The notes below the pieces were generated by a model. It was not told where the DNA came from and ran no database searches. It worked only from the letters and a program-made list of their open reading frames with translations. Below are positions 27,920-36,525 of a DNA stretch of 53,374 nt, piece after piece. Source of the DNA: an uncultured Bacilli bacterium (GTDB taxonomy: Bacteria; Bacillota_I; Bacilli_A; RF39; UBA660); assembly GCA_944332695.1 (NCBI GenBank), contig CALVKL010000001.1, positions 1-53,374 on the forward strand, in the 5' to 3' direction. Made by a program: the position numbers and the translations under genes. Each line of letters begins with the position of its first letter. Position 1 is the first letter of the stretch.

Positions 27920-27990
27920 AATTACCTCCTTTTTCTAATTAATTATATGCTTTATTATAATTTTGGTGTATAATTAAGGTGGTGAAGTTT

Positions 27991-28638
27991 ATGAGATTAA
28001 GAAATATTAAAAATGCACAAGATATAATTAGTAAATGTAAATATGTAGTATTAAAGCCTAAAGAATATAAAGGTAAAACCCAACAACTCTTTAAGAACAA
28101 AAACAAAATTGAAATAGAAATAGGTATGGGCAAAGGCGACTTCATTATAAATAAAGCAAAATTAAATCCTGATATTAATTTTATCGGTATTGAGAAATAT
28201 GCAAGTGTATTGGTTAAGGCTGTTAAAAAACTGGAAAATATAGAATTAGATAATTTAAAAATTATCAATATTGATGCTAATATGATTGAAGAAATGTTTG
28301 ATAAAGAAATATCTAAAATATATTTAAATTTTTCTGATCCTTGGCCAAAGAAAAAACATGCTGATCGAAGATTAACTAGTCCTTTATTTTTAGATAAATA
28401 CTCTAAAATATTTAAAGACGATAATATTATTGAAATGAAAACAGATAACAAGTCATTATTTGAATATTCACTAGTAACTTTAAGTCAAAAAGATTACTTA
28501 TTTGATGAAATAAAATTGGACTTATATACTAATTTAGACGAGGATAATATTCCGACTGAATATGAAAAAAAATTTGTATCTTTAGGTATGCCTATTTATA
28601 AATTAAAAGCTCATTGTAAAGTAAATAAAAAAAAATAA
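27991..28638 (+). CDS. trmB: tRNA (guanine46-N7)-methyltransferase
   Basis: EIGMGKGDF and FSDPWPKKKHADRRL motifs. Confidence 0.9.
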   Translation: MRLRNIKNAQDIISKCKYVVLKPKEYKGKTQQLFKNKNKIEIEIGMGKGDFIINKAKLNPDINFIGIEKYASVLVKAVKKLENIELDNLKIINIDANMIEEMFDKEISKIYLNFSDPWPKKKHADRRLTSPLFLDKYSKIFKDDNIIEMKTDNKSLFEYSLVTLSQKDYLFDEIKLDLYTNLDEDNIPTEYEKKFVSLGMPIYKLKAHCKVNKKK

Positions 28639-28696
28639 AATAAAATTGCCAAAATATTGTAAAATTTGTTATAATATATACAAGTAGGTGAATCGA

Positions 28697-29296
28697 ATGA
28701 AGAAAATATTACTGCTTTGTTGTCTACTTTTATTAGCTGGATGTTCTGTTGTAAGAATTGATACCAGTGATGTTGATAATATTGTAAGTGTTGTTTTGTC
28801 AAAAAACAATGATTTATATAATCAAATTGGTAATGGGTATAAATATTATGTACCAAGAGGTGTAACTTACATTGATACAAATAGTTACAATGATGTATTA
28901 TATTCTAATGGTAATTATTATTATTTATACATTGATATAATTAGTTATTATTATAAAGTAACAAAAGATTATAAAGAAAATTCGGAAGCATATTATTCAA
29001 AAAAAATAGACATAAATGGGAAACAAGGTTATTTGGAAATAAATAAACAAGATAATGGCCGATATTTTATTGAATTTATGTATAACTATTCTAAAATAGA
29101 AGTTGAAGCTGATTATGAAGATATTAATGATATAATTTTAAATACTTCGTACATTCTATCAACTGTTAAATTTAATGATAACATTGTAAGAATTGTTTTA
29201 GATGAACAGTTTTTAGTAAGTGAAGAAAAATATGATATATTTACATCTAAAAAAGAAACAAATGGCTTTTTGAAATTGGAACCGGAGGGAGAATAA
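28697..29296 (+). CDS. lipoprotein, unknown function
   Basis: Lipobox LLLLAGC|S after MKKILLLCC. AGGTGA SD. Confidence 0.6.
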   Translation: MKKILLLCCLLLLAGCSVVRIDTSDVDNIVSVVLSKNNDLYNQIGNGYKYYVPRGVTYIDTNSYNDVLYSNGNYYYLYIDIISYYYKVTKDYKENSEAYYSKKIDINGKQGYLEINKQDNGRYFIEFMYNYSKIEVEADYEDINDIILNTSYILSTVKFNDNIVRIVLDEQFLVSEEKYDIFTSKKETNGFLKLEPEGE

Positions 29297-29297
29297 A

Positions 29298-29927
29298 ATG
29301 GGATTACTTGATAAAATGATGAATTTTTTTACTGATGAATCAGAAGAACCAATAAAAAGTGAAGTGATTAAAGTAGAAATACCAGCGCCAACTAAAGTAG
29401 AAGAGGTTCCGAATCAGGAAGAAAAACCTAAAGAAGAAAAAAACACACCGATATTTTTTGATGATGAATATTTTAAAGAATTAGAAAAACCTAAAAAAGA
29501 AGTTAAATCTAGTTATTTGAAGGAACAAACTAAAGTAAAAGAAGAAAAGAAACAATTTAAACCAACACCAATTATTTCACCGGTGTATGGAGTTTTAGAT
29601 AAAAATTATAACAAAGAGGATATAACTCCTAAAAAAGAAGAACGAATTACTTTTACAAGTACTAGTATTTCAATCGATGAAGTGAGAAAAAAAGCGTATG
29701 GTACTTTAGAAGATGAGTTAGAAAGGACACTAAATACCAACGATTTGCTTTTTAATAGACAAGACAAAGAAGACTTATTTGATGAATTGGTTGAAGAACC
29801 TAAAGAAGAAATAAATATTATCGATGATGTCAATATGGTTGAAGAAGAAATGACATCAAAAACCGAACCAATTACCGAAAGTGAATTGTTTGATTTAATT
29901 GATAGTATGTATGAGAAGGGAGAATAA
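29298..29927 (+). CDS. acidic K/E-rich hypothetical protein
   Basis: ORF with a GGAGGGAG SD and tight coupling to its neighbours. No recognisable domain. Confidence 0.5.
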   Translation: MGLLDKMMNFFTDESEEPIKSEVIKVEIPAPTKVEEVPNQEEKPKEEKNTPIFFDDEYFKELEKPKKEVKSSYLKEQTKVKEEKKQFKPTPIISPVYGVLDKNYNKEDITPKKEERITFTSTSISIDEVRKKAYGTLEDELERTLNTNDLLFNRQDKEDLFDELVEEPKEEINIIDDVNMVEEEMTSKTEPITESELFDLIDSMYEKGE

Positions 29928-29929
29928 AA

Positions 29930-30217
29930 ATGCTAATTGACGTAAAAGAATTATTTGTGTTAATATTATTTTTAACTTTGATTATACTAATAGTAGTAGC
30001 TATTGTTGCAATAATTAAACTTATTAAAACTTTAAATAAAGTTAATAAAATTATGGATAATGTTGATAATAAAGTTAATAAGTTAAATGGGTTATTTGAT
30101 ATGATTGATAACACAACAGATGTAATTAATTCTTTTAGTGACCGTATTGCATCATCTATAGCTAGCGGTATTAATTGGTTAATAAATAGAAAGAAGAAAG
30201 GTGATAACAATGAGTAA
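29930..30217 (+). CDS. DUF948 (YtxG-like) membrane protein
   Basis: N-terminal TM helix plus a coiled coil, directly upstream of the ytxH-like gene as in Bacillus ytxG-ytxH. Confidence 0.6.
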   Translation: MLIDVKELFVLILFLTLIILIVVAIVAIIKLIKTLNKVNKIMDNVDNKVNKLNGLFDMIDNTTDVINSFSDRIASSIASGINWLINRKKKGDNNE

Positions 30218-30617
30218 GAAAAAAAATGGATTTGGGAAGTTTTTAACTGGAGCTTTAGTAGGTGCTGGATTAGGAGTTTTGTTTGCCCCTAAGAAAGGTG
30301 CTGAAACAAGAAAAGAATTAAAACAAAAATTTGATGAATTATTAGCAAAAGCTAAAGAAATAGACGTTGATGAAGTAAAGGATACTGTCGAAAATAAAAT
30401 CGAAGAAATTAAAGCTGAATTAGAAGACTTGGATAAAGAAAAAGTAATGAAAGTTGCTAAACAAAAAGCTAAACAAATAGAAGAAAAGTGTAATGAATTA
30501 TTAAATTATGCTATTGAAAAAGGAACACCAGTTTTAGAAAAAACAGCTGATTCTGTTAGAGTAAAAACTATCGAAGTTATTAAACAAATATTAAATAAAT
30601 TAGAAAAAGAAAATTAA
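30210..30617 (+). CDS. YtxH-like general stress protein
   Basis: GKFLTGALVGAGLGVLFAPKKGAETRKELK is a canonical YtxH N-terminus. Confidence 0.8.
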   Translation: MSKKKNGFGKFLTGALVGAGLGVLFAPKKGAETRKELKQKFDELLAKAKEIDVDEVKDTVENKIEEIKAELEDLDKEKVMKVAKQKAKQIEEKCNELLNYAIEKGTPVLEKTADSVRVKTIEVIKQILNKLEKEN

Positions 30618-30623
30618 TTATTT

Positions 30624-30655
30624 ACAAATAAGTAATATACTTATTTGTTTTTTTA
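30624..30655 (+). terminator. rho-independent terminator
   Basis: 10-bp stem ACAAATAAGT/ACTTATTTGT followed by T7. Confidence 0.85.
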
Positions 30656-30756
30656 ATCATTTTAAATTACAATTGATTAATTGATAATTGCCTTGTTTTT
30701 GTTGTATACTTTAAATACAATATAACGAGTTAATTTAAAGATAGGAGAGATAAAAA

Positions 30757-31889
30757 ATGAAAAAATTAACGATATACAAAAATGGGGGGGCAATTTACTA
30801 AATAAAGCATTTACGTTAATAGAGTTATTGGCTGTAATAATCATATTAGCAATAGTAGCATTAATAGCCACCCCAATCATATTAGATGTAGTAGATGATG
30901 CTAGGATTTCCGCAGGTAAGTCAGAATCTAATATGATTTTAAATGGTATAAATAATTATTGTGCAACAAGTGAAATGAAAAAACAAATGGGAACATTAAC
31001 AAGTGATGATATTGATTGTTCTAATAAAACATCATTTACTGAAGAAGAGATAAAGAAAATGGTTAATTTAGGAAATGCTGAAATATTAGAAATAATATAT
31101 AAAGCTGAATTATTATGGCTAAAAGTAAAAAGTAATGATCATATATATTCATTACAAGATAATCAAATGATTGAAGGAGATTTAGAAAAACCAAAACTGG
31201 ATTATAGTGGAGCTAATAAACCAGAGTTATTAGATAATATGATACCAGTTAAATATGATGGAACAAATTGGGTATATACAACAGATGATCAGAAATCATG
31301 GTATAATTATGATTCTAAAGAATGGGCTAATGCCGTTATATTAAATAGTGGCGTAAGTAAAAATGTTGGCGATACTATAAGTGAAGATGATATTGCGCTA
31401 TGGTATGTATGGATACCGAGATATAAATATCAACTATTTAATGCTGATAATGGAAGTATAGAACCATTAGAAATACAAATAACTTTTGAAAATGGAACCT
31501 CTTCAGCCGGAACAGTAAGTTGCGTTGATGCCGTAAGTGGTTCAGGAGATAGTAGTGAAACGTGTACTAATGCTACTAATGGAAATTGGTATACCCATCC
31601 AGCATTTACTTTTGGTACTCAAGAATTGACTGGAATATGGGTAGGCAAGTTTGAAATAAGTACAACAGATAGTACTTGCAATAGTAGCCCAAATAGTGCG
31701 AATTGTAATAAATCAGAGCATACAATAACAATAAAACCCAATGTAAGTAGTTTAAGATATACAACAATATCAAATTTATTTACAGCAATTCAAGGAATAA
31801 GTACAACATATAATTTAAATGGTGATAGCCATATGATGAAAAATAGAAATTATATTTGCAGTATCTTATTTAGATACTGTTTTTTTTAA
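30757..31889 (+). CDS. type IV pilin-like protein (prepilin N-terminal methylation motif), out of frame at a G7 tract
   Basis: AGGAGA SD plus ATG 30757. The KAFTLIELLAVIIILAIVALIATP motif is in the +2 frame, reachable only by a +1/-2 change in GGGGGGG (30784-30790). The large C-terminal domain has WYVWIPRYKY and THPAFTFG..LTGIWVGKFE. Confidence 0.65.
30784..30790 (+). repeat. G7 homopolymer (candidate slipped-strand switch)
   Basis: Directly read from the sequence: aaaaatGGGGGGGcaat. Confidence 0.95.
31859..31887 (+). terminator. rho-independent terminator overlapping the last codons of the pilin-like ORF
   Basis: CAGTATCT-tattt-AGATACTG followed by T8. Confidence 0.75.
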
Positions 31890-32160
31890 AGAAGATGGTC
31901 TTGTGAGTAAATTATATAATGATATAACCTTAAAGATTATTATAAATTGTAAAACAAAAAGTCATAAATGTTAAAGTAAAAGCCAACAAATTACAACTTT
32001 TAACTTTGAAATTTTTGTCAATTTTCATTTTAACATTTATAGAGTATATTAACTATAATAAAAATGGAATTCCAAATGAAAATTAACAATCTAAAAAAGC
32101 AAACTGAATTTAGTTTTTTTTTTATCTAAAATATGATATAATTGATAGTAGGTGGTATGA

Positions 32161-33408
32161 TTGAAAAAGGTTAGTAAATTATTATTTGTTGCTTGTTTAT
32201 TAATTGCTAATTTAAATATCCCTGTTGCGTCTGCTGAAACATTAGGGGATTTAAAAAAAGAATTAGCTGAGTTTAAGGAAAAATATGAAAAAAACAAACA
32301 AGAACAACAGTTATCGGAAGAAGAATTAAAAAAGGCTAAAAGCGAAATAAATGATATTGAGTTAAATATTGCTAATACGCAAAAACAAATTCTCGATTTG
32401 GATAATGAAATAAAGCAATTAAATATTGAAATAGAAAATAAAGAAGAAGAAATAGAAGATATATTAGTATTTTTTCAAGTTTCAAGTGGCGAAAATTCAT
32501 ATTTAGAATATGCTTTTGGAGCTAAAGATTTTACGGATTTTATTTATCGTTTGGCTGTTTCTGAACAACTTACATCGTATAATGAACAATTAGTAGCTGA
32601 ATATCGTCAAAATATTATAGATAATAAAAAGAAAACGGAAGAACTATCAAAAAAACAAATTGAATTATCTAATCAAAGAGATGAATTAGAAGATAAAATA
32701 GTAGAAATTTCTTTACGAGTTGATAAACTAGATGATTATGCATTAAGTATAGAAGAAGAAATAAAAGCGCAAGAAAATGAAATAAAAATTTATGAAGCTG
32801 CGGGGTGTAAGGATACTGATGATTTAGATGCATGTATAGCTTCAAGTACGCCTTATGATACTAGTTTTTGGTACCCTTTAGCAATAGGAGAGGTGACAGG
32901 ATGGGCCGGACCACGTTATAATCCAGTCACTGGTATTTACAGTATGCATCATGGAATAGATTTATCAAGAAGTGGGGCTAATTATACTGACTATGATGTT
33001 TATCCAATTGCTAATGGTGTTGTAACAAACATTATAGATTTAGAAAAAGATTCTTCTGGTTTATATAAACGTAATTGTGGAGGTAGAAAAATCTTTATTC
33101 AACATAATGTTAATGGAAAAATATATACAAGTGCTTATTGGCATTTGAGAAAAATAAATGTAAAAATAGGTCAAGTAGTAAGTAAGACAACTAAAATAGC
33201 TATTATGGGTGGTAATCCAGCTACTGATTATTGGGATAAAGATGCTTATGGAAATTTTTGTACAACTGGTGCTCATCTTCATTTAGAGATATCTACTAAA
33301 AAAGTAAATGCTGGTGATGGTTATGGTAGTTATCGTGCCGGATTTATTTATCCACAATATGTTATAAATTTTCCTGATTTATATGTGACGTGGTACTCTA
33401 GATATTAA
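32161..33408 (+). CDS. secreted coiled-coil M23 family metallopeptidase
   Basis: TTG start behind AGGTGG, signal peptide ..NIPVASA, a long coiled coil, then HHGIDL ... GAHLHLEI (M23 zinc ligands). Confidence 0.85.
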   Translation: MKKVSKLLFVACLLIANLNIPVASAETLGDLKKELAEFKEKYEKNKQEQQLSEEELKKAKSEINDIELNIANTQKQILDLDNEIKQLNIEIENKEEEIEDILVFFQVSSGENSYLEYAFGAKDFTDFIYRLAVSEQLTSYNEQLVAEYRQNIIDNKKKTEELSKKQIELSNQRDELEDKIVEISLRVDKLDDYALSIEEEIKAQENEIKIYEAAGCKDTDDLDACIASSTPYDTSFWYPLAIGEVTGWAGPRYNPVTGIYSMHHGIDLSRSGANYTDYDVYPIANGVVTNIIDLEKDSSGLYKRNCGGRKIFIQHNVNGKIYTSAYWHLRKINVKIGQVVSKTTKIAIMGGNPATDYWDKDAYGNFCTTGAHLHLEISTKKVNAGDGYGSYRAGFIYPQYVINFPDLYVTWYSRY

Positions 33409-33416
33409 TAATATTC

Positions 33417-33445
33417 AAAAAAGATACCTTATTCGGTATCTTTTT
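33417..33445. terminator. bidirectional terminator between convergent genes
   Basis: AAAAAGATACC-ttattc-GGTATCTTTTT, with A/T runs on both sides. Confidence 0.8.
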
Positions 33446-34418
33446 GATATTGTTTTAATAAAGATTCGTAGTTGTTTTTGATTGTATCATCATGAATAGT
33501 CATATTATATTTTTCTCTTAAGCCAGCCCAATAAATGATAGAAGCATTATTTTCACTTAACATCTCATCTACTAAGTTGTTTAATATTGTTTCTCTTACT
33601 TCGTCAATAGATGGCTTATCTTTTTGACTAACTTTATAAATTATATGATAACCAAACTCTGTTTCAATTGGAGTAGTTGTATATTTTCCTGTTTCTAGAT
33701 CTTTAACTGCTTCCCAGAATTCTTCAGCTAAATCACTGTTATTATTAACATTTTCTAGTAAGCCACCCTCGCTAGCTGTTCCAGTATCATCAGATTGTAA
33801 TTTAGCAATGCTAATAAAATCTTCTTCAAAATTTTCACTATTTTGTAATTTTGTAATAATTTCATTCGCTTCCTCTAAAGCTTTTTCTTCTTCTTCTGTT
33901 ACTTCAGCAGAATCCATATCATCATCAACATCAGGAATAATTAATATGTGTCTAATTGTTGAATCACCGTAAATACTATTATCATAGTATTCTTGAATTT
34001 CTTCTTCCGTAATAACACTTTCTTTAAGATATTTTTCTAAAACTAAACTTTGACGATAGTTATTTGTGATATCTTCTAAAAGTTGTTTACCACTAGAATA
34101 ACCACTACTAGCTAAAACCTCATTCCAATTACTACTGTAATAAGCATACATTGTATTATATTCAGTTTGAGCTTTTTCTTCAGCTTCTTCGGCTAATTCT
34201 TCAGTTATTTCTTTGTCAGTAATATAATTACTAACTAAATTAACTAAAGCTGTAGTACCATAGCCATCTTTCAATTCGTCAAAAAATTCTTCGGCTGTAA
34301 ATTGTTTGCCATCTAATTCAACCACGACTTGTTGCCCGTTTTGTAATTCAGGTACTTTTCCGCAACCTGTTACTAAAAGAGGCACACACAATAATAGTAA
34401 TAAATATTTTCTTTTCAT
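33429..34418 (-). CDS. prsA: PrsA-like foldase lipoprotein (parvulin PPIase)
   Basis: Lipobox LLVTGC|G and a parvulin region IRHILI...FGYHIIYK. Confidence 0.85.
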   Translation of the reverse strand: MKRKYLLLLLCVPLLVTGCGKVPELQNGQQVVVELDGKQFTAEEFFDELKDGYGTTALVNLVSNYITDKEITEELAEEAEEKAQTEYNTMYAYYSSNWNEVLASSGYSSGKQLLEDITNNYRQSLVLEKYLKESVITEEEIQEYYDNSIYGDSTIRHILIIPDVDDDMDSAEVTEEEEKALEEANEIITKLQNSENFEEDFISIAKLQSDDTGTASEGGLLENVNNNSDLAEEFWEAVKDLETGKYTTTPIETEFGYHIIYKVSQKDKPSIDEVRETILNNLVDEMLSENNASIIYWAGLREKYNMTIHDDTIKNNYESLLKQYQKDTE

Positions 34419-34560
34419 AAAACCTTAATCCTTTCCTTTATTACATGCAAATCAATTATAACAAAAATAAATAAAAAAAACAATATTTTTTCATTATCTA
34501 TCACAAAACTTTCAAATTACCATACAATAATGTGAAAAGACAAAAAGGAGGATGATTTAT

Positions 34561-34647
34561 ATGTGTTGTAACAATGGTATATCTGGAGCTGCTATCGTAT
34601 TAGTACTTTTTATTCTTTTAATAATTATACTTGGAGCTTATATTTAA
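34561..34647 (+). CDS. tiny transmembrane peptide, YjcZ / tiny_TM_bacill family (28 aa)
   Basis: AGGAGG SD. MCCNNGISGAAIVLVLFILLIIILGAYI matches the GGFALIVVLFILLIIVG core. Not in the ORF track because it is under 60 aa. Confidence 0.7.
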   Translation: MCCNNGISGAAIVLVLFILLIIILGAYI

Positions 34648-34659
34648 AGGAGTGATAAT

Positions 34660-34764
34660 ATGAATTGCGAAACAGGTAATAAGGCATGTAACCATAATAA
34701 TTATCTTATTATAGTTGTTTTATATATTTTGTTAGCTATAATTTTAGGATCATGTCTATTTTAA
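34660..34764 (+). CDS. tiny transmembrane peptide, YjcZ-like paralogue (34 aa)
   Basis: AAAGGAG SD. MNCETGNKACNHNNYLIIVVLYILLAIILGSCLF. Tandem to the previous gene. Confidence 0.6.
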   Translation: MNCETGNKACNHNNYLIIVVLYILLAIILGSCLF

Positions 34765-34788
34765 AGAGGAGAATTCCTCTTTTATTTT
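34764..34788 (+). terminator. rho-independent terminator
   Basis: AAGAGGA-gaat-TCCTCTT followed by TTTATTTT. Confidence 0.65.
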
Positions 34789-34809
34789 GTAAAAATTTAC
34801 AAAAATATC

Positions 34810-34873
34810 TTTACAAAAGTATCAAAAGAGAGTAAAATTATGGTAAACGGTGGTTATGAGTGGTTAAAAGTGG
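34810..34873 (+). promoter_or_regulatory. Pmra promoter plus three 10-bp-phased GTGG boxes (MraZ operator-like)
   Basis: TTTACA(34810)-17 nt-TAAAAT(34833). GTGG occurs at 34850, 34860 and 34870 (cGGTGGttatgaGTGGttaaaaGTGGGt). Confidence 0.6.
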
Positions 34874-34881
34874 GTGATTTT

Positions 34882-35310
34882 ATGTTTATGGGTGAATATC
34901 ATCACGCTATTGATGATAAAGGAAGAATTATTATTCCAGCTAAATTAAGATATGATTTAGGTGAACAATTTATCGTAGCTAAAGGTTTAGATGGTTGTTT
35001 ATTTATTTATTCAAAAGAAGAGTGGAATAATATTACATTAAAATATAAACAATTACCAAATACCAAAGACGCTCGTAATTATTTAAGGTTCTTTTTATCA
35101 GGCGCTACTGTTTGCGAGTTTGATAAACAAGGAAGATTAAATATAAGTCAACCATTGATTAAATATGCTAATTTAAAAAAAGATTGCATTATTATTGGCG
35201 TTAATGACCGTTTAGAAATATGGGCAAAAGAAAATTGGGACAAATTCTTATTGGAAAACGAGGATTCTATTTCTGATATTGCTGATAGTTTGTTTGCTCC
35301 TAACATTTAA
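34882..35310 (+). CDS. mraZ: transcriptional regulator MraZ
   Basis: MFMGEYHHAIDDKGRIIIPAKLR plus a second DxxGR repeat (FDKQGRLNI). Confidence 0.95.
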   Translation: MFMGEYHHAIDDKGRIIIPAKLRYDLGEQFIVAKGLDGCLFIYSKEEWNNITLKYKQLPNTKDARNYLRFFLSGATVCEFDKQGRLNISQPLIKYANLKKDCIIIGVNDRLEIWAKENWDKFLLENEDSISDIADSLFAPNI

Positions 35311-35319
35311 GGTGAAAGT

Positions 35320-36228
35320 ATGCATATAAGTGTCTTGTTGAAAGAATGTATCGATAGTTTAAATTTAAAGGAAGATAGTATAATTGTTGATTGCACATTA
35401 GGTTATGCTGGTCATAGTAGTGAAATATTAAAAAAAATAAAAAAAGGATATTTATATGCGTTTGACCAAGATAAAGATGCAATTATATCTGCCGATGAAA
35501 AATTAAAACAAATTGGTTCTAATTATAAAATAATCAATAGTAATTTTGTTAATTTGAAAGAAGAATTAAAAAAAGAAAATATTACGAAAGTTAATGGAAT
35601 ATTATATGATTTAGGAGTTTCTAGTCCACAATTAGATGAAAAAGATCGTGGTTTTAGTTTTCAAAAAAATGCTAGATTAGATATGAGAATGAATCAAAAT
35701 CAAGAGTTAGATGCTTATTATGTTGTTAATAATTATAGTGTTGAACAATTAATCGATATCTTTAGAAAATATGGCGAAGAAAAGTATGCCGTTAGTATTG
35801 CTAAGGGAATAGTTAAAAATAGGCCGATAACAACTACTTTGGAATTAGCTAATATAATTAAAGATAATGTCCCTTTCCGCTACAAAAAAGAAAAACATCC
35901 CGCAAGAAAAGTATTTCAAGCTATTAGAATTGAAGTTAACGATGAATTAAATGTTTTTGAAAAAAGTTTGAGACAAGCTTTAGAGTTGATTGATAAAAAT
36001 GGTCGAATTGCAGTTATTACATTTCATTCATTAGAAGATAAAATTTGTAAAAAGATATTTGATGAAGTTAGTAAAATTGACAATAATTTAAGTAAGTTAC
36101 CAATTATTCCTATAGAATATCAACCTAAATATAAAATAATTGATAATATTACACCAAAAAATGAAGAAATAAATAATAATAATCGCGCACGAAGTGCTAA
36201 ATTAAGAATAATTGAAAGGATTAGATAA
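35320..36228 (+). CDS. rsmH: 16S rRNA (cytosine1402-N4)-methyltransferase
   Basis: HISVLLKECI, DCTLGYAGHS, DLGVSSPQLD and FHSLEDK. Confidence 0.95.
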   Translation: MHISVLLKECIDSLNLKEDSIIVDCTLGYAGHSSEILKKIKKGYLYAFDQDKDAIISADEKLKQIGSNYKIINSNFVNLKEELKKENITKVNGILYDLGVSSPQLDEKDRGFSFQKNARLDMRMNQNQELDAYYVVNNYSVEQLIDIFRKYGEEKYAVSIAKGIVKNRPITTTLELANIIKDNVPFRYKKEKHPARKVFQAIRIEVNDELNVFEKSLRQALELIDKNGRIAVITFHSLEDKICKKIFDEVSKIDNNLSKLPIIPIEYQPKYKIIDNITPKNEEINNNNRARSAKLRIIERIR

Positions 36229-36229
36229 T

Positions 36230-36514
36230 ATGGCAAAAAAGAATAAAAAGTTAAGTAAATGTGAAAAATTATTATATTTTAGTGGAGCTTTATGTTTTAT
36301 TTTATCTATTGTTATTAAAATCTTTTTTGGTGCTAGTATTGGAAATTATAAAATGAGTAATGAAAAAGTTAAATATGAAATCGCTAGTGAAGAAAAAACA
36401 GTAGAAAGTTTAACTATGCAAATTAGTGAATTAACATCTTTCGATAATGTTTCTAAAGTTGTCAAAGATTTAGGTTTAGCGTATAATAATGATAATATTG
36501 TTGTTATTGATTAA
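36230..36514 (+). CDS. ftsL: cell division protein FtsL
   Basis: Small bitopic protein (TM helix plus coiled coil) in the conserved mraZ-rsmH-ftsL-pbp position. Confidence 0.75.
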   Translation: MAKKNKKLSKCEKLLYFSGALCFILSIVIKIFFGASIGNYKMSNEKVKYEIASEEKTVESLTMQISELTSFDNVSKVVKDLGLAYNNDNIVVID

Positions 36515-36525
36515 GAGGTGATTTA

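Noticed and set aside
27939-28451. 170-aa minus-strand ORF
   Set aside because: It is fully antisense to trmB, which has clear catalytic motifs. Such Leu/Ile/Phe/Ser-rich shadow ORFs are typical of AT-rich genomes.
30828-31889. ATG 30828 as the true start of the pilin-like ORF (as in the ORF track)
   Set aside because: That start would lie inside the hydrophobic helix, after the FTLIELL cleavage/methylation motif, and has no SD. The SD plus ATG at 30757 and the G7 tract explain the layout better.
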